A stretch of DNA of 64,000 bases from Octopus bimaculoides (GCF_001194135.2 NC_068985.1:68099960-68163959), one strand, 5' to 3'; shown: positions 1 to 13,490, numbered from the stretch's first letter. Notes: generated by a model from the letters alone, not told the origin. A program made the numbers and translations.

Positions 1-936
1 TGATGCTCAGAGCTAAGAGTGTGATTGATCGCCATTCTGCTGTATCATTGTTGATCTACAGCTAAACAATGATAATACACTGAGTAGCTTTCTGAATGCA
101 ATCCACCTTTCTATAAATCCTCTATGCTATGAAAATATGGGCAAATCAATAATCTGACAAGATGAAGGTCAGATGAAAGAAAAATACTTTATAGCTAACG
201 TGGAGAAGCGGATTTATAACTATTGTAATACTACCACTACCACGCCACCAAATAAAAACGAAAAAAATTAATATCAATGCTGTGCAAATTTTGATAGAAC
301 CGATATATACTGTTACATTTGAGGTAACTACAGGTGGAAATGGATTTCAAAAGAATTGCTCGATAGGAAAAAATATAAAAAATACTTTAAAGATAGTGTT
401 TGGATAAGTACAACTTTAATGCATATGATAAACGAAGGGCAGAGATGTTAATTTTGTAGGTTTGTGATGGATTAACACAAAATTTGATGGTTAGTATTCG
501 TAGAGTTGATATTGTGAACGGAAAACGACACAAACGCAAAGTGCATGGTTGTCGATGTTCAAAGCTTGTAAGGTACTAATAAGTTAAGTATAACTCTAAG
601 ACCGTTGAAATTTTGTAAGATATTTAGTATAGAATCCCTTTTCACAGTGAGACTGGTCACAATAAGCGATCTAGATGTGACTATCTTTTTGAAGACAAAA
701 ATGTCATACAATGTAATCAATTATGTTTGCAGAAATCTGATGCTTGATGCGAACGCGATGTTAGGAACTGACATATACTATCGTAAAAAACAAACAAACT
801 GGTATAACACAAAGAGCAATGCTTATAAATGATTAGAAAAGTAAAGAGAACAAATATGATTTTACTCTTACATATACAAACATATACTCAGTACTGACAG
901 TTTGTCACGAAGATCGCCGAGAAAATGTATCATATA

Positions 937-1160
937 ATGTATGCATGTATGCATGTATGCATGTATGTAGGTATGTAGGTATGCATGCATGTATGCATAC
1001 TTTCATGAATGCATGCTTCCATGCATGCGTGTATGTTTGCATGTGAATGTGTATGAATGTATATATGTATGTATGTGCGTATATATGTATATAAGCATAT
1101 ATGTTTATCTGTATGTGTATATGCATGTTTGTATGTATGTTTGAAAGTACGTATACATGT
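937..1160. repeat. Degenerate (ATGC/ATGT)n tetranucleotide microsatellite
   Basis: Direct reading: atgtatgcatgtatgcatgtatgc... decaying into TATG/TGTA units. It explains the spurious HIHT-rich ORF 905-1186. Confidence 0.9.
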
Positions 1161-1499
1161 ATTCTTGTGTTATTTACTTTCTCCACATAGATGCTAAGTG
1201 CTTAAACAAGTTACACAAACCAACTTGTTGAATAAGCTACTCCTATTGCATAATTCCCAAATATCCTTGAACGTAGATTAAAAACACATGTACCAAGTTT
1301 ACCAAATTAATTTTTTCCTAGCTGCGCTGCAAATGCTCAGGTAGACAGAAAAGCCTACTGGTGGATTTCACACGCCCAAACCAGGTCGTAATTTACTCGG
1401 CAGAGCAGCATTTTTAAGTCAACTATCGAGAGTGCAAAGTATATCTTCATGAATCTCTTTTATTCCTTGAGCAGTACCTCTCCACTATCGCGACCAGTA

Positions 1500-3960
1500 A
1501 AGTTTCCAAACTCTCTGTGTATGTTACATTCAGCACCCTACTATACACCTTTAACTTACACCTCTATTTTCTTCACCAGGATCCCCATAACAAGTATAGA
1601 AGTATTTTAGAGTTTTTCACATCAACAAATCTGCCAGTTTTGATAATATCCCTTCCAAGGCATTCAAACATAGCAAATGGACATGAAGTTGCAAAACAAG
1701 ATGCATGGAACTGCACGTAAAGTAAAGGTAAAACACACCTTAGATGCAAAACAGACGATACCAAAACGCAGACAAAACGCCAGAAATGGCAAATTGATGA
1801 TGGCCACCACTAATACCCATCCAGTTTCACAGCAGTGCTACTGTCATGTAGTTGAGATCTGTTACAAATCAGTATCTGAAGTAGAAACACATATTTCAAC
1901 GAACTTGTCAAATGCAAGCAGAAAATATGCATGCCAATCACAAAACCTCCATCTAACTGTATATTTAGCAGATGCCGATTTTCACTCACCAGAGAATTCG
2001 TATTCAATACAGACTGGAAAGTAGGAAGTCATGATGAAATTGATATGTGCATCCGTAATAACGTCACATCTTTAATGTTGCTGTCACACTCTAATTCAAT
2101 TTGCGACTCATTAATTTGATATTAAGAAACTCTGGGTATTCATATATACAAGTCATTTGCCTCAAATCACGACAAAAAAATTGGGGAGAATTTTAGTAAA
2201 ATAGGCTGGATCAGCACATTAATACATTACGCCCCTTTCTCGTATCCTGTTCATAGAACAAATTATAGTTCAATCAAAAAAGTGCTAACCATTCCGGCTC
2301 CTTGCTTCATAAAATATTATGGCACACATCGATAATTTGAAGTTGACTCCTACAATTATGTCGGACCATAACTTACTGAATATTGATCAAAGGAAGCCGA
2401 AGAAACTTCTACGAAGCTAACTGGAAGTTGATTCAAAAGGAAATCTCTAGAAAACAAAAATAGCCAGAAAGTTTCTCTGTGCAAGACAACGACATAATTT
2501 GACAAAATGATCTCAGTTATATAAATCCGAAGCATTATATATGTTTTGGAAGGAAATATTAAACTGCATGAATATATATGTCCTCATAGAAGGAATCTGC
2601 GTATGAGACGGTAGAACAAAGGTTGTAAATCGAATAAGGTGTTAAGTAACACAGTGAAAACTGCTTAATACGAACACTCCTAGAAACAGGTAACAGAATG
2701 TAGGTTTCTCAAGAATGGAAGAGAACACTAGAGAATGTACAAGCATATCACTAACCTTTGTACAGTTTTTATTGAGAATTAGCGAATTTATAGTGCATTT
2801 CAAAATAGAGCCATTATTCCAAGAAATTAATTGACGTAAAACGAATTAGTAAAAAAAACTGAATTATCTGTTCAAAAGTGTATCCACCTTTCCACTGGGA
2901 TGCATGTAGATACATATGTCATATGAGGTCTTTGACATCATATATCTAAATAGCAACGTCAAAGTGTAGGATGTAATAGACATCCAAATTTGAAATGAGC
3001 TTAAACCAAATAACAGATCCCCATGAAATCCTAGGAATCTGGTTACAAATATGTAAACGAGATTTAGTTACGCCAGATGGATTCTTAAGGATCCTTGCCA
3101 AATGTAAAGCCTCCGAAATATTTAATATTTAAAAGAACGCCTTTAAATGAGAAACAAATCAGATACAAAAGTTACAGACGTTTGACATATACATCAGCAC
3201 AGCAGATAAATTGTTAGAAAAAGAAATCTTCGTTGTATTTCTCACCTTTGTGAAGTTTTTCGAGGAAGTTGGACTTCGGATGATGTGTCGCAACGTGGGC
3301 TATCTCAGAATTGTACCAAAACAAAGATAACGACTGCATAACATTCCAGACAATTGCAACCAACAGTAATCCTTTAAACCAAAAGAACGATTTTGAATGG
3401 TGTCCACTGGTAGCACTTTTGAAATTTCTCTTTTCTATGACACCTTCAGACTTTGTATTGTTATGCAAACAACTATTCTCACTAGGTATGCTGCAGCTAA
3501 ATGAGGAAATAAGAAACTTGGAAATGCAACAAACCTAGAGAAAGGTATTACTGCAATTTACAAAATTCGACCGAAGATATCATGCAAGTTAACGCTGGAA
3601 AAATTATAATACTTTTTTGTCAGTCCACAGCACCTGAAAGGGATGCAATTACATAATCACAAGTATTGTGTGACCTGGGACTAAAAGTGAGCAACAATGA
3701 ACCTTTCATATACACAATACCAAGGTAGCAAACATGTACAAGAACGGCGAAATGGATGCCGACACAATTCAGTCCGAGAAACCAGGAAGCTATGATTTTA
3801 CTTGTTTTGAGAATAATTATCCTCAGCCTTACGGAATACTACTCACTACTGAGGTCTTCAAACTATAACTTTAGACGCAGAGCAATGACCCTGCACGAAG
3901 ACAATATTCTCAATGCAAAAACTGAGCTATCGCGAACCATTGAAAACATTTGAACACAGC
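1500..3960 (+). mobile_element. Heavily degraded non-LTR retrotransposon (APE endonuclease + RT) remnant; clade uncertain
   Basis: Motif relics occur in LINE order on +: MSDHNLL (~2358, APE SDH), ANWKLIQKEIS (post-endonuclease KANW-like), TPDGF (~3070), VPK...FQTIA (~3315), NSTEDI (~3565) and LHEDNIL (~3892, YADD-like). Many stops and frameshifts; boundaries approximate. Confidence 0.5.
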
Positions 3961-4374
3961 TCTAAAAAATAAATAGAAATAATATGCAGTGATTTATATA
4001 TGTCACATTTTGAGGAGCTAACACCAGACATTAGCATTCTAAACTATGCCAATCCTCGAAGTAATCACTAATGCACAGAGTGTAGTAGTAGGTGTATAGG
4101 CTGCGCTCCAGCATGGACACGTTAAAATAAAGCCTACTAGTACATATTTTCACGGATATTTTTCGAATCTGTTGATTTTGCCTTCGCTAACGATTATATG
4201 AGTGGGGTCAGTATGAATTAACATTTCCAAAAACAACAACAAAAAAAAGAATATAGATACTTCTGAACGTTCACCTGTGTGTGTGTTTCTTTATGCGAGT
4301 ATATGTGTATGGTGTTCGAAGACATGCTACTGTATGTTCAAGCGTGAATCTGAATACGTATATATATATATATA

Positions 4375-5605
4375 TTGGGTTGGCAACTAAGTTCACGCCG
4401 TTTTTTTAAATTTTGGAATCTATTTTATTCGAGAATTCTATTTTTGACTCATTTTGGAATCTTTTTTTTTTCTAGTTAATTTTAGTTAATGCTTGTTTAT
4501 TTTCAGATCATTAAAATGGAATTTCAAGTTAGGAAAACGAACATTTTCGAAAAATTCTTCTTTTTGCTTTTAATCAAGGTTCTAAGGTCACAAAAGCTGC
4601 TCACGATATTTGGGCTGTGTATGGAGAGGGTGCCATAGCTGAAAGAACCACTCGTGATTGGTATGCCAAGTTCGAAAAGGGAAATTTTGACCTCAGACAC
4701 TCACCTCGTTCTGGCCGTCCAGTTGAGTTCGATAAAGAGCGATTAAACCACCTTTTGCACGAAAATTCTCGTCAAACGACAAGGGAACTGGCGGAGAAAA
4801 TGGAATGCTCACACACTGCTATAAAGAAGCATCTTCACTCGATAGGAAAGATTCAGAAGTATGGAGCATGGGTTCCGCATGCTTTAAGTGACAACAACTA
4901 AAATCAACGAGTCACAATCTCTGCTGGTTTGCTCCCTCGTCATCGCTCAACTCATGGACACAAGCAACGATTTCTTTACCGAATCGTTACTGGCGACGAA
5001 AAATGTTGCCTGTACGTCAATATGAAGCAGCGTAAGAATGGCTTAGCCTCGGTAAACAAGTGACACCGAGCGAGAAACAAGATCTTCATCCGCGTAAAAC
5101 GATGTTGTGCGTATGGTGCGACTGGGAAGTGATTATCCATTACGAATTGCTTGAACGGAACCAAACGGTCAACGTGGAATTCTATGTTCAACAGATGGAA
5201 CGACTCAACACGGCTCTTCAAGAGAAAAGACCTAATCGGCAGCATGGAGCTCTGCAGCACGACAATGCCCGCCCTCATATCGCCAATATGACCAAAGAAG
5301 CCATTCAAACTCATGGCTGGGAAGTGCGTCACATCCGCCGTACTCTCCTGATTTGGCACCAGCGGATTTCCACCTCTTTCGATCTCTTTCAAATGCTATG
5401 CCCGGAGTTTCGTTCATTACTATTGCAGAATTGAGAGCTTAGTTGGATCAATTTTTCGAGTGGAAATCGGGTGATTTCCACCAAGGAGGTATTGAAAATC
5501 TTGTTGAACGTTGGTAAGTTGTAAACAATAATGGTGAATACATTATTGATTAATTGGTTGTTATTTTTTATTAAACCTTTTAAAAAAATTCAATTAAAAA
5601 AAACC
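4375..5605 (+). mobile_element. Mariner (DD34D) DNA transposon, near full length, defective; right TIR mostly lost
   Basis: TA followed by left TIR TTGGGTTGGCAACTAAGTTCACGCCG at 4373. Transposase motifs RSGRP, WVPHAL, TGDEK, HDNARPH, frameshifted YSPDLAP, ending GEYIID*. Confidence 0.95.
4516..5553 (+). pseudogene. Mariner transposase pseudogene (frameshifts and stops)
   Basis: ATG at 4516 and TAA at 5551-5553. ORF fragments 4617-4901 (HTH) and 5060-5434 (DDD domain) lie in different frames. Confidence 0.92.
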
Positions 5606-6473
5606 CGCGTTTTACATAGATATATAGAGATATACAATCTTCTATGTACTATGCCGGATACATGAGGTGTTCGTTTTGGTATGTCNNNNNNNNNNNNNNN
5701 NNNNNNNNNNNNNNNNNNNNNNNNNNNNNNNNNNNNNNNNNNNNNNNNNNNNNNNNNNNNNNNNNNNNNNNNNNNNNNNNNNNNNNNNNNNNNNNNNNNN
5801 NNNNNNNNNNNNNNNNNNNNNNNNNNNNNNNNNNNNNNNNNNNNNNNNNNNNNNNNNNNNNNNNNNNNNNNNNNNNNNNNNNNNNNNNNNNNNNNNNNNN
5901 NNNNNNNNNNNNNNNNNNNNNNNNNNNNNNNNNNNNNNNATATATATATATATATATAAGGGAATTTCTATACAAGAATGCCTCACGCTATGAGGGACTA
6001 CCATAATACACACATTTACCGCGATGCAATTAAAAAAAACCCGCGTTTTACATAGATATATAGAGATATACAATCTTCTATGTACTATGCCGGATACATG
6101 AGGTGTTCGTTTTGGTATGTCGAATCTTTTGTTTATTTTTTATGTATTTTGACCATACTATACTGATGATCAGAAGTTACATATTGTTGTAATAACTGTG
6201 AAATCGTTCGATATATAGTTCAGTCTGTTTTTAAGAGGACAGCTTTGAGAGTTGCATTTCCTCGCATTTGGTAAACATGTGTTTATTATGGTAGTTTGAC
6301 TTTAGTAGTCCCTAGGCGTCAGGCGTTCTTGTATAGAAATGCCTTTATATAAATATAGATAAATGTATTCTAGGGAATAAATGATGCATTTTTTTCCCTT
6401 ATGAGGTTTTTTTTTTTCTCGCTAGCTACTTGATAAATTCTTGTAAAAGATTTTATCCCACTATTGAATTAAT

Positions 6474-6600
<127 letters not shown>

Positions 6601-7223
6601 ATACATATATTATTTGATGAAAAACAAATAATCGGAAAATTAGAGCTGCATGTTGTATATATATAGACGGTAAAAAAAAGAGGAACCATGAAATTTAGAC
6701 TAATATGAACGATTAAAAGATATGGAAAGACAGTCGATAAGGAGCAGTTCAAAGAGATACAAAGTATGAAATTTAACAAAAAGTTCCCCCAAGAGTGTTT
6801 TTATTTCCAAAATTATAAACGAAAAACGAAACATGTTGTTTAAGGAAAACAATGAAAAAGGAATGATGCGTAATAAAACAGCTCCAAGCAGATCTATCGA
6901 ATCAGAGATGGCACAGATGGTTTACAGTGAATGATTAGCATCACTTAAAGAATTTGAAATATGTACAGGCGGGTATCCGTTTCTTACCGTATGTATAAAC
7001 TGGTGTCATTTGCGAGGGTTCACATATACAGAGAGCGACAGAATGTCAGATATGCACACATATATCCATGCGCACACACGCACACATACAAAAAAACGCA
7101 CATGCAGAAACACACATATACAAGTACGCACACATATAGAGATAAACAGGTAGATAGATAAGTTGATAGATCAATACATAAACAGAGAGATAACATGCTA
7201 GAGAGGAATCTATATGTATGTAT

Positions 7224-7230
7224 GAGAGAG

Positions 7231-7266
<36 letters not shown>

Positions 7267-7310
7267 AAGAATGAGAGAACGTGAGAGAAAGAGAGAGAGA
7301 CAGAGAGAGT
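7224..7310. repeat. (GA)n microsatellite
   Basis: Direct reading. Confidence 0.95.
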
Positions 7311-7589
7311 GAGTGTTTATACACATGCAACCTAATGTGTCAGTGAGTGTGAAGTGTGTGATTTCCATCGTATATACCTGCAGCTGTGATAGTCTCCATA
7401 AAGGGATTTCTAAACACATTTCTCAATTCAATTCGGCCTATGTGTAAAATGCACAAAGAATGCATATAATAAGGATGTAGGATTTTTCTCTATCCATAAT
7501 ATTATTATATTTTGTCTGCAGGTACACACACAATCTCAATCACGTATGCATAATAATATACATAACAATTGTGAATGTTTATCCATATC

Positions 7590-7620
<31 letters not shown>

Positions 7621-7658
7621 NNNNNNNNNNACATATGTATATATATATATGTGTGTGT

Positions 7659-7695
<37 letters not shown>

Positions 7696-7734
7696 AGCGT
7701 GTATATGATAGTACCAATGCGTGTGTGTTTGTGT

Positions 7735-7944
7735 TTGTCACCCCGCCTTCAATTGACAACCGATGCTAGTGTGTTTGTGTCCCCGTAACTTAGTGATTCG
7801 TCAAAAGTAAACGATAGAATAAGTACGTGGCTTTCAAAGAATAAGAAAAGTGGTCGATTTCTTCGACTAAAACCCCTTTAAGTGATGCTCTAGGATGGCC
7901 GCAGTCAAATGACTGAAACAAGTAAAAGAATAAAAGAAAGAATA
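7735..7944 (+). mobile_element. SINE 3' portion with AGTAAAAGAATAAAAGA tail
   Basis: CCCCGTAACTTAG...GATAGAATAAGTAC...GGCCGCAGTCAAATGACTGAAACAAG. An inverted homologous copy lies at 10066-10269 and a tail fragment at ~56420-56468. Confidence 0.85.
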
Positions 7945-7946
7945 TA

Positions 7947-8588
7947 TACTGCTCTGATCAATAACTATCCGGATTCTTATACTAGCAAAGCTAAAGCATG
8001 CAGAGTAAAGCCACTAGGCACAGATTGACCTTGAACTCTGCTTTGCATGCGCACTAGGTTTTAACGTTGTAGCTCACTTCTGCTGTTTACAGCAGTGCTT
8101 GGAAGTAACGTGTGTAATGTGTGATCGTTGCATTGGCCAAGACAGAAAAAGCTGAGCAGAGAATCTGCATCAAATTTGCAGAGGCCTACGCAAAATTTTC
8201 AAAAGGTTTTCCTGGTTCACGACACAACCAAGGATAACTTGTGCAACTGAAACCCGAGTGTCTTTTTGATCAGCTGAAAGCAATTTTGGCACGAACCTGA
8301 CAGACACACGTCTAATGCCCAAATCTTGAGTGATAATGGACTGAACTGAACCGTAACTAATCTGCACATCATCTGATAACTCACGGATGGAGATTAGACG
8401 ATTTCCCTTCAGAATTGCACGCAGATTTGCAATGTTTTTTCTCAGTTCTGCTGGTTGCGGGTCTCCTAGAACGTTAAAACTTTGTGTGCATGCAGAGCAT
8501 AGTTCAAGGTCAGTCGTTCCCAAGCGGTGTTACTCTGGTTTAGCTTTGTTACTATGGCAACTGTCCAGATACTCATTGATCGGACCTC

Positions 8589-8591
<3 letters not shown>
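7947..8591. mobile_element. Non-autonomous mariner derivative with ~120-bp inverted arms (two left ends) and TA ends
   Basis: TIR TACTGCTCTGATCAATAACTATCCGG on the left and the reverse complement of TACGAGGTCCGATCAATGAGTATCTGG on the right. + strand encodes EQRICIKF; - strand encodes IRELSDDV...RRVSVRFVPKLLS. Confidence 0.85.
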
Positions 8592-8622
<31 letters not shown>

Positions 8623-10065
8623 GTGAAAATGTCCTCAGATCTATAAATAGTAATAAAAGGAAAACTTTGAAAAATCATTTTTTTGATCCGACCAACAGAG
8701 TTTTCGACACCAGAAGATGAGAAACCGAAGATATTTAAGCTATCCAAAAAATCTTTCTCAGTAGAAATTTACCCCAGCAACGCAGCATTTTAACTATTCT
8801 CAGTGCATTTTCAACTTCTATTTTTCCTATATTTCTACCCGTGTGGAATAAAATAACTTCGTTTTATTTCTATCTATCTATCTATCTATATATATATATA
8901 TATATATATATAAATTTAGAGAGAGAGAGAGAGAGAGAGAAGAGAGAGAGGGAGAGGAGAGAGAGAGAGAAATAGACTATACATTTAAAGGAAAAGTGCT
9001 AACAGTAACTTCGCATTTTTGCCTTGCTAGCGTGCATCGTCCTGTGGTACGTTTGAGTTCAACTTTAATATATCCCGTAGTAAAATTATTTCTGGTAAAG
9101 CTGGTACTATATAGAATGATAGGTTGTAGCGTAAGTTTTATAGATTTATTTTCTGCATTCGTTGCATACTGCAAAAATAAAAGAAACGCCAAAGGCAATA
9201 GTAGCGACTAAAGAATATAAGGGAAGATAATACAATTTTTATTCTCATGGTTATGAAAATTCCTGATGCCACTTAATAGGCAATATGATAGATATGGATA
9301 TTTTTTAAGTATTAGCAGAATAAGCATTTCATTATCTTCTCGACGTCCATTAGATTAATAGACTGAGACGTTTGAATTCGGAAGAATCTTTGAAAATGTA
9401 TCTCGGGTGACTTAGCTAAATCCTGTTCACATATTTGTAAGCAGATTCCTTGGATTCTTTCGGGGTCTGTTATTTGCTTTAAGCTCATTCCAACTTTAGA
9501 CGTCTATTACATTATGTTGCTGTGTAGAGATGTGTTGTCAAATGATTTCATATGACATTTTTATTGTATTTGTCTCAATGGCAAGGTGGACACACTTTTG
9601 AACAGATAATTAGGTGTTTCACTAATTCTTTTTGAGCGAATAAATTTCTTGGAAAATATAACACTTATTCTAAGTATAAGCATTATATATACGATGGTTT
9701 TTAATTGGTATCTAAGATTAATTATTATTTTTACCCAGTAAGAAAGAAATACATTTACAGGTAATTCATATAAATGGTGTTGAAAGGAATTTGAATGCAA
9801 GAAAAAAGAATACAAGTAATTCAAAATTAGTCTCAATTTGAGCGTACGACATCAAAATGTAGAAGATTCTGTTAACGACGCACAAAGATGACGTTACATA
9901 CATTCAAGAAATGAAAAGATATTCTCTCAGTAGAATAGATATATTCTCTCTACGTATTTTCTTATAATTTCCTTACGTATTCAGCCAATATATGAGGAAA
10001 ACAAATGTTTGACCCACATATATTACTATACTATATTACTTTGTAGATGTATGGATGTAAGTGTA

Positions 10066-10269
10066 CCTTTTATCATTTGCTTGTTTCAGTCATCTCAATG
10101 CGGTTATGCTGGGGCACCGCCTTGAAGGGTTTTTAGTAGAATAAATCGACCCCAGGACGTTTTTTTGGAAAGTCTGGTACTCATTATATCGGGTCCTTTT
10201 GCCGAACCGCTAAGTTACGGGGGCGTAAACAAACCAGCACTGGTTGTCAAGCGGTGGTGGGTGACAAAC
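10066..10269 (-). mobile_element. SINE 3' portion (same family as 7735-7944)
   Basis: Reverse-complement similarity: TTGTTTCAGTCA...GCACCGCC...GCCGAACCGCTAAGTTACGGGG...GGTTGTCAAGC. Confidence 0.85.
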
Positions 10270-10719
10270 AGAAAATGGAAAAAAATGAGAATCTATAAAA
10301 GATAAAAGTATATAGTGATAATGGAGATATACTAATTAGATTAAATGCTATAATTCATGCCGTGATGCAATTTGTGCGGTAATATAATGAATGTAATTAC
10401 TCATCAGAAAATTTAATGGGCAGAGAACATTTAAAGCGGATAGCTAACTCTCGGGTCTGCTTGCATCGTTGAATACTTACACCCATTATATATANNNNNN
10501 NNNNNNNNNNNNNNNNNNNNNNNNNNNNNNNNNNNNNNNNNNNNNNNNNNNNNNNNNNNNNNNNNNNNNNNNNNNNNNNNNNNNNNNNNNNNNNNNNNNN
10601 NNNNNNNNNNNNNNNNNNNNNNNNNNNNNNNNNNNNNNNNNNNNNNNNNNNNNNNNNNNNNNNNNNNNTATATATATATACGGTGAACCTGATTTAACGG
10701 TTAAAGTTTTCCAGAGATA

Positions 10720-13490
10720 CAAACCCTTTCAAAAATTCCTGTCAGGAATATCTCTTCAATGAAATTATATCCAGATTTGCACATCCTATCTGATAAGACC
10801 GACCGGGAATATTTATTCTGTAGCGCTGAGCCTTTATAATTAATTAATTTTGAAAGAGCTTAATTCTGAATATAAGCGTGCAAGCAAGAATGCTTTGCAA
10901 AATAATAATACTCATCTGGATATCATTTGTAATTTGGGCCTGCTGGATAGGACACAACCTTATGCTCCCAAAACTCTCTATTGTCCTTTGAAGGACAATA
11001 AGCCTGATTTTTTTTAAATCAAATTCTTCGATTAGATTAATCTGTCCAACCAAGTCCGATCTGGGCAGAATTAGTCAGTATGTTATTGATCGGATTATTC
11101 CCATCTTTAGGAATAAGGTTCAGCTTCCCCTACCCTCTTACTGATAAGCCTAATTTAGACTTTATCCATTTCGAAATTTCGAATTACAGCTCCATTTCCC
11201 CAATATTGTTAAATAAGGCGTTGATTTTCGCTCGGAAATTTGGAAATATCCCTAGTTCGGATATTGATGTCATTTTGTGGCAAGAGAGACCGTCATTTTC
11301 TTCAACGCAAGTAATTGGAGAAGGGCTGATTTCATTAATCTATTTGATATTACTATAGGGTCCTCGGATCAGCACAAGTGACCGACTCAGTGGGCCTACA
11401 TCTCCTTTCGCAGATTAGGGATAGATCCCCACCTTACTGGGAGATTAGCTGCACGTGGTCAGTGTAAAACTGCACTGAATAGATTGAAGAAATCTTTGAG
11501 AAGGTTTTAAAAGATTTCTTCAAGCTTAACATTATTTTTTATGTTAACTCTTGAGTGGTAAATTTCTTTGATGTTACTTTGAATTTGGATACGAGTTTAT
11601 ACTCCCTGTTTCGTAAGCCAAGTAAATTCATTTCATATATTAATGTCTCCTCCAGTCATCAGAAATCTACTAATGATAGCATCGTTGCAGCCATTTCGAT
11701 CAGAATCTCTAATTTTTCCGCAAACGAAGATTTTGATCAACATGCACCAGTATATAATAATTGTCTAAATTTAAGCGGCTTAAAAACTAAAATATCATAT
11801 ATACCTAATACGAGTCTTAAGAACAAGCTGGTTTGTCTACCACCCGACCATGTCGCAGAAAGTCTGGAGAAACGCAAGGCATTAATTGATTGCAACCAAT
11901 GTAAGATATTTATATAGAGATTTTAGGAATAAATATTGGAAGCGAAATAGCAACCGTGAGGAGATAAGTAAAACCAAGAGCTCACGTTCGAGAATACAGT
12001 AAGTCAATTGATTTGCCTCATCCTTTCCTCTTAGAGTAAGAAATCTGCCTAAGGTGGGGTTTTTTTAAGATTCTGAAGGAAAATTTCACGAAGAATCATA
12101 AGTACTACACCATCTGCAACAAATCCTCCATTAAGCTTTCTTACTCGGTAATGACGAATTTGGCATCCATTATTGCATCTATTAGGAGAAGGAAATTAAG
12201 GGGGCAAGTGCACTGGAATTAATCCTTTGTTAGAAACTCTGGTATTGGGCTGGTAAGCTCTAATAAACCTAAGCGTGGTGTTATCAACCATTTACCTTCA
12301 CAGGATTTACTGACCCACTTTATTGGGATATCCGAGAGGAAGAATGGAGGAAACCCGATAAATAATGTTAGTATCAGTAATGGAGATAAAGGTGGTTCGG
12401 GTAAATCTTGTAATTGTAGAAACCCTAGGTTATGTCCTCTTTACGGATTTTTCTTGATTACAAAATGCAATTTATAAATGCGTAATTAAAGAGGAGGGTA
12501 GTTTGCATAGTCCTGTCAAATTTAAGGCGAGGCACAGGGTCCACATGAATTCGTTTTCGAACGAAAAATATTGTAACTCCATTACACTTGCATCTTATAT
12601 GCATAGTTTAAAGTGGAATGATAAAAGTTACTCTCTTGAATGGTCTATCATCTATAGGGTCCCATATTTTAGCATTAATATTAACAAGTGTGTATAAGGG
12701 AATCTCTTACCATCCTTTGGGTCTAAAACATTAAATAAATTTACAGAGGTGATCGCTTTCTGCAACCATAAATTTTCTTCTGCTTTTATGAAAGAATATA
12801 GAAGAAAGGCTAGATGTGGTTGAAAATATTTACTTTGCTTACTGGGTTTTGAAACCTGATAGAAAAATTTCTATGACTAGCAGCCACCTACCAGGTTAGC
12901 TAAAAAATAAAATAAATTTATTTATTTATTTTATTGTTAGGAACTTTAGACTGGTCCTGCTAAAGGTTATATCTTATAAATAATGACTGCATCCGTATTG
13001 TAACTTTTGTTGGACTAATTGATTGTGAATTTCCGAGGTGGTTCTGTTGATCCTGATGAGGGGGGGGCATTGACGAAATGCGCTTTAACTTGCAATCGGA
13101 CCACAGCAGCGAACCTTCGAAATGACCATAGATGTAAATTTCGACCAACCCTTCTGTCGAACTCTCTTACACGCCTTGGATTGGACCAACCATGGATTGC
13201 TTCATTTTTAAAAGACGATCTATTTTGATATATTTTTAATTGAGGAGCAATAAATTTTTTTAGTTGATTGAAATGTTTTAGCAATTCATTTTGATCACCC
13301 ATTTTAGTCGATATGTTTCTACTTTTTCTTGGCAGGCCCTTGTATATATTTTGTATTTTTATATGTGCATATATATATTTTACTTTCTGTGCTTTTATGC
13401 ATATATTTGTTTTTATATGTTGAAGGCCATGGTATTAGTTTAATATGATGAAACATATAGACGCGTAGGGTTATATAAAGTCGTTGGCCC
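10720..13490 (+). mobile_element. Penelope-like retroelement remnant (RT, GIY-YIG endonuclease, 3' pseudo-LTR region)
   Basis: PLE motifs in order: RLICPTKSDLGRIS (~11035), FIHFEISNYSSISPILLNKAL, VNFFDVTLNL...RKP, IKLSYS, CNCRNPRLCPL (~12410), FKARHRVHMNSF...LEWSI. Multiple stops and frameshifts; ends approximate. Confidence 0.88.
13044..13106 (+). ncRNA. Candidate type I hammerhead ribozyme (imperfect stems) in Penelope 3' region
   Basis: CUGUUGAUC-CUGAUGA-G(13 nt)C-GAAA-UGC...GCA-AUC-GGACCACAG. Canonical core; stem I pairs at 7 of 9 positions. Confidence 0.5.

Noticed and set aside
3214-3468. Minus ORF with a hydrophobic stretch as a type II membrane protein
   Set aside because: It lies antisense to the degraded LINE RT region and is followed by multiple stops.
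13405-13470. ATATGTTGAAGG...GATGAAACATAT as a further hammerhead
   Set aside because: There is no CUGANGA-like core with correctly placed stems and no NUH followed by a stem I strand; only a short inverted repeat is supportable.
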